Positions 8,438-14,379 of a stretch of DNA of 40,732 bases are shown one piece after another. The stretch is taken from IMG/VR virus record IMGVR_UViG_3300034521_000090, positions 1 through 40,732 of that record; one strand, written 5' to 3'. Position 1 is the stretch's first letter. The number at the start of each line of letters is the position of its first letter. The notes under the pieces were generated by a model. That model was not told where the DNA came from. It searched no databases and was given only the letters and a program-made list of their open reading frames with translations. This DNA comes from a virus. Its lineage: Duplodnaviria; Caudoviricetes. Position numbers and translations under genes: made by a program.

Positions 8438-8501
8438 GGTATCCGGCAGGAGTTGAACCCGCGCTGGGTAGGGAGTCCCAGCCGACACAGGAAGCGGACA
8501 C
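8438..8501 (-). ncRNA. tRNA-like structured RNA lacking a D-arm
   Basis: 7-bp stem GUGUCCG/CGGAUAC, T-arm GCGGG-UUCAACU-CCUGC, and hairpin GCUGGG-ACUCCCUA-CCCAGC. Confidence 0.55.
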
Positions 8502-8508
8502 ATTGAAT

Positions 8509-8603
8509 AAAAAAGGGCGGTTACCCATTAGAACATTATCTTCTTCCTCCTTTGGAATGGTGAAAGACTGGATAACCGCCAAGCCACAGCAACTATTAGA
8601 AAT
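8509..8603 (-). ncRNA. DicF-like sRNA / terminator hairpin in the pL leader
   Basis: UUUCU...UUGGCGGUUAUCCA...UGGGUAACCGCCC-UUUUUU; ends resemble Qin DicF as recalled, and the phage has DicA/DicC-like regulators. Confidence 0.4.
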
Positions 8604-8724
8604 TAGTGATTAGCTCACTTTGGTGGTGCGGTGGCCGGTGCTGATCTTCGGCTTGTCTCGGTGGACTGCAATTCACCACACCCCAAAGGGAACTAAGGAT
8701 ACTTGATATAATTTAAGTAATAAT

Positions 8725-8757
8725 ATGCCTGTCTTTTCACCACATCAGGCTCGGTGG
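8725..8757 (+). repeat. 33-bp direct repeat, copy 1 (promoter/leader of antisense cassette)
   Basis: atgcctgtcttttcaccacatcaggctcggtgg, identical to 9632-9664; followed by TGgTATCTT extended -10. Confidence 0.9.
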
Positions 8758-8795
8758 TATCTTGGTGTTCCCACACAACCAAGAAGATTAATTCA

Positions 8796-9242
8796 ATGAA
8801 CGGATACGAAAATCTTTATATAGCGATGATTCCAGGCCTTGCTGAGCACTATGGAATTACCGACTACGACTTTCGAAATAACCCGCATGCAACCAACGTT
8901 GCTTTATGTCGAAGCCATCTGCATAAACTGATGCTCATCGAGCTTTACTTGCACGAACATCGCATCAAATTTAAAAATGCTGTTTTGAATCTTGATGGCG
9001 GTGCTGCTCTGCATCATCTTGTTTTTCAGAAGACAAACTGGACTCCTGAGTCGATACGAAGCATGGGGAATTTTGACCTTCTTTGGGTTCTTCTCGACGA
9101 TCTGGTTCCTGGCAAACTGAGCGAAAAAGCGCAGAGCTATTTAGAAGTGATTTCAAAGAATGAGCGTCTTCCAAAAATTCACCTAATGAGCTACGCAGGC
9201 TGGCAGATAGGTTCAGGTGATCAGTATTTAAAAGATGAGTAA
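8796..9242 (+). CDS. Antisense moron protein, probably ECs1072-like phage family
   Basis: 148 aa from ATG 8796; L.GG.ALHHLV..KT.W....IR.M...DLL.VL pattern (family recalled, not searched). Confidence 0.65.
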   Translation: MNGYENLYIAMIPGLAEHYGITDYDFRNNPHATNVALCRSHLHKLMLIELYLHEHRIKFKNAVLNLDGGAALHHLVFQKTNWTPESIRSMGNFDLLWVLLDDLVPGKLSEKAQSYLEVISKNERLPKIHLMSYAGWQIGSGDQYLKDE

Positions 9243-9387
9243 TATTTATATGCGCACTCTCTAATTTTTCTAAAAGAGTGCGCATTCCCCAACTAACCTC
9301 GGAAATCTTCCGGTTTATCACTTCTACATCGGCTAGCTGAGTTGTTAGTTCTTCTGACAATTGTTGAGCTTCTGTAGTCACATTCAT
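8971..9387 (-). CDS. Hypothetical protein with coiled-coil N-terminus, overlapping the antisense gene
   Basis: 138-aa ORF in pL direction, GGGA RBS, heptad-like first ~75 aa. Confidence 0.45.
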   Translation of the reverse strand: MNVTTEAQQLSEELTTQLADVEVINRKISEVSWGMRTLLEKLESAHINITHLLNTDHLNLSASLRSSLGEFLEDAHSLKSLLNSSALFRSVCQEPDRREEPKEGQNSPCFVSTQESSLSSEKQDDAEQHRHQDSKQHF

Positions 9388-9618
9388 TTTTCATCCCAAT
9401 AGTCGTTATTTGCTGCTGGTGGATTCAGCCCAACCCCCTCATACGGAAGGGGCTGGAATAAATCATTTTGCGCTTGCACACTTCCCCTGCCAGTGTTCCC
9501 CATTCACGCACGAAATTTATCGTGGCTAACCCTCACACCGACCGGATCGCACCCGGTGCTACGTCGCATAAAGCGCAGGGGTCTAAACAGGTTTCATGTG
9601 CTGTTCCGACTTTGCTGA

Positions 9619-9631
9619 TTGTTAAAGAGCG
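9619..9631 (-). promoter_or_regulatory. boxA antitermination element, copy 2
   Basis: CGCTCTTTAACAA on the minus strand is consensus boxA. Confidence 0.75.
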
Positions 9632-9664
9632 ATGCCTGTCTTTTCACCACATCAGGCTCGGTGG
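9632..9664 (+). repeat. 33-bp direct repeat, copy 2
   Basis: Identical to 8725-8757. Confidence 0.9.
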
Positions 9665-9731
9665 ACCTTGCTATTCCCCAACAACAAGGATTCGGTTAAG
9701 CTGGATATCCCCAACAACAAAAGGAGTTTCT

Positions 9732-9815
9732 ATGAAGTGCAATGACTATGAAGAGCGGCACATGCCTCCTTACAGGAGGCCTGATCCACCGCCAAAACCT
9801 GATGATTCAGACTGA
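9732..9815 (+). CDS. 27-aa proline-rich peptide
   Basis: AAGGAG RBS at 9721-9726; MKCNDYEERHMPPYRRPDPPPKPDDSD. Confidence 0.6.
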   Translation: MKCNDYEERHMPPYRRPDPPPKPDDSD

Positions 9816-9823
9816 GGTGAAAT

Positions 9824-10297
9824 ATGTCCCGACATGACTTAATATTTGATATTCATTATTCGCATTACCTCGAAAAGATGTTTGCGACATTGACTGGCCG
9901 GGTTGACCGACTAATGACTTTCCTAATTATTTTGTCGGGATGTGGTGTATTTGTTTCCATCACTGGCTACGTTTGGTTTGGTGCATTCATTGCAGCCTTA
10001 TCGGTTAGCCAGGTTGTTTATCAATTCTCCCGATCTTCAGGTATTGCAAGTGAACAGGCCCGTTTATATCTGGATCTGATCACAGACGAACCCTATCTTA
10101 CGCAAGAGGAATTACTCGCGCGTTTTAAGCAATTGCAAAACACTGATTCAAAACCCTGGGGAGTCCTTGAGCTACCAGCTCAGAAAAGAGCAACGATTGT
10201 TCTTGGACTTACTGACAAAACTAGGGAGCTCAGTAAGCAAGAGGTATTCGCTGCAATGTTGGCTGGAGATCTATTGAGGAAAAATCCCAATGGTTGA
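9824..10297 (+). CDS. Two-TM membrane protein (SLATT-like architecture); candidate exclusion/abortive-infection effector
   Basis: GAGGTG RBS; two adjacent hydrophobic helices (~aa 30-47, 49-66) followed by a helical soluble tail; antisense within the pL operon. Confidence 0.8.
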   Translation: MSRHDLIFDIHYSHYLEKMFATLTGRVDRLMTFLIILSGCGVFVSITGYVWFGAFIAALSVSQVVYQFSRSSGIASEQARLYLDLITDEPYLTQEELLARFKQLQNTDSKPWGVLELPAQKRATIVLGLTDKTRELSKQEVFAAMLAGDLLRKNPNG

Positions 10298-10367
10298 AAG
10301 AGCTGGCGGTCATAAACCGACAAACCCCAGACCTCCACAGCCAGTTAAGCCAAAGCCAAAAGCTTAA
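10290..10367 (+). CDS. 25-aa proline/lysine-rich peptide (not in ORF track)
   Basis: GAGGA RBS; start overlaps the upstream stop; MVERAGGHKPTNPRPPQPVKPKPKA. Confidence 0.55.
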   Translation: MVERAGGHKPTNPRPPQPVKPKPKA

Positions 10368-10388
10368 TTGTTTTGTTGGATATCCAGA

Positions 10389-10401
10389 TTATTAAAGAGC
10401 A
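10389..10401 (-). promoter_or_regulatory. boxA antitermination element, copy 1, preceded by a hairpin (boxB-like)
   Basis: TGCTCTTTAATAA on minus, ~100 nt after pL +1. Confidence 0.7.
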
Positions 10402-10425
10402 AAGCGTCCTACTGGGCGCTTTTTG
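10401..10425 (+). terminator. Intrinsic terminator of the antisense cassette
   Basis: aaagcgtcc-tact-gggcgcttt followed by further Ts. Confidence 0.6.
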
Positions 10426-10501
10426 TTACCTGCGAATCATCCGGTCATTCATACGCCACCGGCGGCTACTTCGTGGGCGTCCTGCCTGTTCGCTTGCCTG
10501 T

Positions 10502-10560
10502 GTAACTAAAGGTACCTTTTGTTACCTTGGTAGTCAAGTGTGATATGTACCTATAGTTAC
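10502..10560 (-). promoter_or_regulatory. pL and OL operators
   Basis: Minus-strand TTGACT-17-TACCTT (10537-10509); 14-bp operators gtaactaaaggtac 10502-10515, gtaccttttgttac 10512-10525, gtacctatagttac 10547-10560. Confidence 0.85.
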
Positions 10561-10570
10561 ATGGAGTGGT

Positions 10571-10600
10571 AAAAAAATAGCCGAAGGTAACTTCGGCTAT
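10571..10600 (-). terminator. cI terminator
   Basis: atagccgaag-ttac-cttcggctat followed by a T run on the minus strand. Confidence 0.8.
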
Positions 10601-10621
10601 AGAGGGAGAGGGGAGGGGGAA

Positions 10622-11281
10622 TTAAAGGTTTTGTGTAATCTGTACTACTCGGCCAACAATTCTACAGTTCCCATCGATCTGAATTGGTTTGAAAATCGGG
10701 TTAAGTGGCATGAGATAGGCATATGGACTATCCCAAACCAACTTTTTGACCGTAGCCTCTGTTGAACCATCTAACATAGCCACGACAATCTTTCCATACA
10801 GATCATCAAGTTGACCATAATGTGGCTCAACTATAACAATTGAACCTTCCGGAATTGATGGTAGTCCGTGAGGGTTAGTCATTGATTCGCCTCTTACTTC
10901 AAGCCCGAAAGCTTCATCGGAGACGTTAGCAGTCGTTTGTGTCCAGCAAATCACATCAGTAAGCCTTGAGCTGGCGTAAGTATCGGTCCACACACCTGCC
11001 TGAACGGCAGATATAACAGGTACAGTCACTGGCGGTTTAAGAAAGGGCATCACCTTAATATCGTCTTTAGCTACCTCTCCTTCACCATAGAGAATCCACT
11101 CCGGGCTTACCTGGAGAGCCAAAGCAAGTTGATGAAGATTTTCCCCATCAGGCTTGGTTGTGCCGTTTTCCCACTTTGTTACAGATACACGACTGACCCC
11201 AAGTTTTTTGGCGAGGGTTGATTGTGTTATGTCGAGCTGAACTCTGCGGGAGCGGATTCGATCTTTCATTTCTGTTTTCAT
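10622..11281 (-). CDS. cI: CI repressor (P22 c2/DicA-like HTH plus S24 autoprotease)
   Basis: HTH ITQSTLAKKLGVSRVSVTKWE, AG cleavage site (VQAG), RGESM serine, TVKK lysine. Confidence 0.95.
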   Translation of the reverse strand: MKTEMKDRIRSRRVQLDITQSTLAKKLGVSRVSVTKWENGTTKPDGENLHQLALALQVSPEWILYGEGEVAKDDIKVMPFLKPPVTVPVISAVQAGVWTDTYASSRLTDVICWTQTTANVSDEAFGLEVRGESMTNPHGLPSIPEGSIVIVEPHYGQLDDLYGKIVVAMLDGSTEATVKKLVWDSPYAYLMPLNPIFKPIQIDGNCRIVGRVVQITQNL

Positions 11282-11346
11282 GTAACCAATGTTACCAATG
11301 ATTGAAGTAACTTTTGTTTGCTATTTGTGGTACCTTTTGTTACCTT
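11282..11346. promoter_or_regulatory. OR operators with pR and pRM
   Basis: gtaaccaatgttac 11282-11295, gtaacttttgtttg 11307-11320, gtaccttttgttac 11330-11343; pR TTGCTA-17-TACCTT (11318-11346); pRM TGgTAACAT on minus. Confidence 0.85.
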
Positions 11347-11372
11347 CGGTTCATCAGATAACAGGAGTAACC

Positions 11373-11573
11373 ATGCGAAAACATGAAGTCATAGAGTATT
11401 TCGGCGGTGTGTCAAAAACCGCCAGTACTTTAGGGATTTCTCATCCTGCGGTTTGCCGCTGGGGTGAGGTGATCCCTGAAAAACAGGCATTTGTTATTGA
11501 GCGCCTCACAAATGGAAAGCTTAAGTACGACGCCAATCTTTACCAAAAGTCTACCAATGCTGGCGTGCAATAG
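11373..11573 (+). CDS. cro: Cro (P22 Cro/DicC-like)
   Basis: MRKHEVIEYFGG..KTA..LGIS.PAV.RWGEVIPEK; CAGGAG RBS. Confidence 0.92.
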   Translation: MRKHEVIEYFGGVSKTASTLGISHPAVCRWGEVIPEKQAFVIERLTNGKLKYDANLYQKSTNAGVQ

Positions 11574-11598
11574 TAACCACAGAATCAAGGGGTTAACC

Positions 11599-12102
11599 GT
11601 GGGTAACGAACCTGAGTGGAAAGTCGAACGCCAACCAGCATGGCTGGTGGCTGCTATCAGAAAAACCATTGCGACATTGCCTGGTGGTTACGCCGAGGCG
11701 GCTGAAATCATTGATACAACACAGGATGCTCTCTTCAACCGTTTGCGTGCTGGTGGTGATCAAATCTTCCCTATGGGGTGGGCGATGGTGCTGCAAAAGG
11801 CTGCTGGCGTGAGCTATGTCGCTGATGCGTTCTCACGGCAGACAGATAACGGGATTCACATCCCCGGTGCCGCGCCTGACTCAGAGAACCAGGAGATCGG
11901 CTTAAAACTTGCTGAGCTGGTGGGGCATTTGGGGGATTTGGTCAATGCATACCGACACTACATCGACGATGGAGTGGTTGATAAGAACGAGTGGACCAGC
12001 CTGAACGACATAGCCTACGAGTTCAGAGTGACGCTGATGACATTTCTCAACCTGATTTCTCGCGTCTACTGCATTCCAGAGCCGGATGACGATGCGGACT
12101 GA
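11599..12102 (+). CDS. YmfL-family CII-like regulator
   Basis: GTG start; W..E.QPAWLVAAI.KTI..LPGGYAEAA..LFNRLR..GDQIFP. Confidence 0.8.
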   Translation: MGNEPEWKVERQPAWLVAAIRKTIATLPGGYAEAAEIIDTTQDALFNRLRAGGDQIFPMGWAMVLQKAAGVSYVADAFSRQTDNGIHIPGAAPDSENQEIGLKLAELVGHLGDLVNAYRHYIDDGVVDKNEWTSLNDIAYEFRVTLMTFLNLISRVYCIPEPDDDAD

Positions 12103-12142
12103 TTAAGTAATTGCCCAATGCGCTAATCGCGCCGGAGGGCTA

Positions 12143-12421
12143 ATGCACCAAAACGAATATTTTCACGTGACCATGCCCACGGTTTTTTCTCGTGAGGACG
12201 CCCCGTGGATTAAACAGCAGTTGGCAACACTCCCGGCAGGTATGCGGGAAAAAATCGCGATGGCGTATGCGCAGGCGTACCAGGAGGCGTTCGACGCAGA
12301 ACCGGTGTCTTTCCGGAAGCAGAACGCAGCACGACGAACGGCAAACCGCCGATTGCGAGAGTTTTGCACGAGATATACCCCAGCGGTCAGGGGATATACC
12401 TCGCTCCCACCCAGGGTATGA
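12143..12421 (+). CDS. Conserved phage hypothetical protein upstream of the replication genes
   Basis: GGAGG RBS; DAPWI...AY.EA.DAEP...NAARR.AN.RLR motif. Confidence 0.75.
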   Translation: MHQNEYFHVTMPTVFSREDAPWIKQQLATLPAGMREKIAMAYAQAYQEAFDAEPVSFRKQNAARRTANRRLREFCTRYTPAVRGYTSLPPRV

Positions 12422-12581
12422 ATTTTTGAAACCGGGTTGGGGGAAAGGGGGCGGTGTTGGGTTTTAGCCCGAAGGGCTGGAACAGCTTTACCAGAAGAGA
12501 TCGATCTAACAGATAGATCACTGTATGGGGTTAAAACGTCGCTTGGGAATCCAGACGTTTAGCCATCCAAAAGGAGATAAA

Positions 12582-12857
12582 ATGATTTATTCAGACGCTA
12601 ACGAAAAATGGGCCCCTGTTCCAGTTGAGCTTTATTCAAAAGCTTATGAAGTCAGTAATCTTGGCCGTGTTCGCAGCATTCCGCGCGTGGCTAACTCTGA
12701 ATATTTTATTCGTCACATTCACGGCGGTTTTCTCAAAGGCCGCATGCGTAAAGACGGTACTAAAACGGTTACGTTGTCCGTCCAGCGTCAGCGCGAGAAG
12801 TTTGTCATTACCGATCTGGTTGCTAAAGCATTCGGGGAGGTATCAACCAATGCTTAA
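12582..12857 (+). CDS. NUMOD4-motif protein without HNH nuclease
   Basis: EKW.PV....YEVSNLGRVRS...LVAKAF; AAGGAG RBS before ATG 12582. Confidence 0.8.
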   Translation: MIYSDANEKWAPVPVELYSKAYEVSNLGRVRSIPRVANSEYFIRHIHGGFLKGRMRKDGTKTVTLSVQRQREKFVITDLVAKAFGEVSTNA

Positions 12858-14379
12858 CATCCAGCCTCGCGAGAAACAGATCGTCGCACTCAACATGTTG
12901 CGCGGCGCATGGAAGCAGAATAATTCGTTCATGCTCTATGCTCCGGTTGGTTTTGGCAAAACGGCTATTGCCGCGCTGATCACTGATGGCTTTGTCAGCC
13001 GCGAAATGCGCGTAATGTTTGTGGCCCCGTATACGGTACTGCTTGACCAGACCGCCACCCGATTCATGGAATATGGTCTTCCTGGCGAAGAGATCAGTTA
13101 TGTCTGGCGTGATCACCCGTCATATAACCCGACAGCGCTTATTCAGATTGCCAGCGCCGATACACTCATTCGCCGTGAATTCCCGGACAACATCGACCTG
13201 CTGATCGTTGACGAAGCCCACCTGAAGCGCAAAAAGTTGCTGGAGGTTATCGACAACCTGACCCGCAACACAAAAACGAAGGTGGTCGGCCTTTCCGGTA
13301 CGCCTTTCGCCAAGTTCCTGGGCAATTACTATCAGCGCCTGATTAAGCCAACAACGATGAAGGAGCTGATCGCGATTGGCGCACTGAGCAAATATGAATT
13401 TTACGCGCCGTCACATCCCGATCTCTCTGAGGTGGAAACGTCTTACGTTGCTGGTTATGGCAGCGACTACAAGGAAGGTCAACTTAGTAAGGTTATGAGT
13501 GAAGCCAAACTGGTTGGCGACATAGTGAAAAACTGGCTGGAGAACGGGCAGGATCGCCCAACAATCTGTTTCTGCGTTGATGTGGCCCATGCGAACTACG
13601 TCACGATGGAGTTTTCCCGCGCCGGAGTGACCGTTGAAGTCATGACGGCAAGCACACCCCATGAAGAACGTCAGTTGACGATCCGTCGCTTCGAGCAGGG
13701 CATTACCAGAATCATCATCAACGTTGGTGTATTGGTGGCCGGGTTCGACAGTGATGTTCGCTGCATCATCTTTGCCCGACCGACTAAAAGTGAGATTCGC
13801 TGGATTCAGACGCTTGGGCGCGGATTACGTGCGGCCCCTGGCAAAGATCACTGCCTCATCTTCGACCACAGCGGCACAGTCAACAAGCTGGGTTATCCAG
13901 ATGACATTGAATACGACTATCTCCCTTCGTCATCTGACGGCATGGAAGAAGCGCCGCAGCGTGTTACCAAAACCGACGAGCCGGAGAAGTTGCCGAAAGA
14001 GTGCAGCCAGTGCCACTACGTGAAACCTGCCGGAATTTATATCTGTCCGAAATGTGGTTTTAAACCGCTGGCCGGGGAAGACGTTGAAACAGACAAATCC
14101 CGTGGACTGACCAAGGTCAGCAAAGCGGAAGTTAAATACACCCCAGAGCAGAAACAATCCTGGTGGTCTCAGATTCTTTTCTATCAGCGCACCCGCGCAG
14201 CGCAGGGACGCCCTGTCAGTGACGGATGGTGTGCGCATACCTATCGCCAAAAATTCGGTGTATGGCCGAGAGGGTTACATCACACCCCGCAGCAAATCAC
14301 ACCTGAAGTGACGAATTTCATCAAATCAAAACTGATCGCCTTCGCGAAACGTAAAGAGAAACAAGGGGAAGCCGCATGA
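12850..14379 (+). CDS. SF2 DEAH helicase with C-terminal zinc finger
   Basis: APVGFGKT, DEAH, SGTP, Q..GRGLR, CSQC/CPKC; start ATG 12850 after GGGGAGG. Confidence 0.92.
   Translation: MLNIQPREKQIVALNMLRGAWKQNNSFMLYAPVGFGKTAIAALITDGFVSREMRVMFVAPYTVLLDQTATRFMEYGLPGEEISYVWRDHPSYNPTALIQIASADTLIRREFPDNIDLLIVDEAHLKRKKLLEVIDNLTRNTKTKVVGLSGTPFAKFLGNYYQRLIKPTTMKELIAIGALSKYEFYAPSHPDLSEVETSYVAGYGSDYKEGQLSKVMSEAKLVGDIVKNWLENGQDRPTICFCVDVAHANYVTMEFSRAGVTVEVMTASTPHEERQLTIRRFEQGITRIIINVGVLVAGFDSDVRCIIFARPTKSEIRWIQTLGRGLRAAPGKDHCLIFDHSGTVNKLGYPDDIEYDYLPSSSDGMEEAPQRVTKTDEPEKLPKECSQCHYVKPAGIYICPKCGFKPLAGEDVETDKSRGLTKVSKAEVKYTPEQKQSWWSQILFYQRTRAAQGRPVSDGWCAHTYRQKFGVWPRGLHHTPQQITPEVTNFIKSKLIAFAKRKEKQGEAA

Noticed and set aside
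8438-8501. Functional tRNA gene
   Set aside because: No D-arm, no variable region, 8-nt loop and no encoded CCA; reported only as a tRNA-like RNA
8431-8613. 60-aa plus-strand ORF
   Set aside because: Non-canonical start, no RBS, and it lies opposite structured minus-strand RNA elements
8725-9720. 33-bp and 13-bp repeats as a CRISPR or mini-array
   Set aside because: Only two copies of each, spaced ~900 bp or 20 bp apart; no cas genes, and I do not recognise a CRISPR repeat family
9468-9731. Long 115-aa version of the ORF ending at 9815
   Set aside because: TTG start without an RBS, running through boxA and repeat elements; the strong RBS supports ATG 9732
10600-10621. Purine/G-rich tract after cI as a G-quadruplex
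   Set aside because: Only three runs of three or more Gs; short spacer between the cI stop and its terminator
12625-12849. N-terminal extension of the helicase in the ORF track
   Set aside because: Overlaps the NUMOD4 gene in another frame; RBS and motif spacing favour ATG 12850. Similar over-extensions were trimmed for cro, the ymfL-like gene, ninG, endolysin, Rz, protease and umuD'
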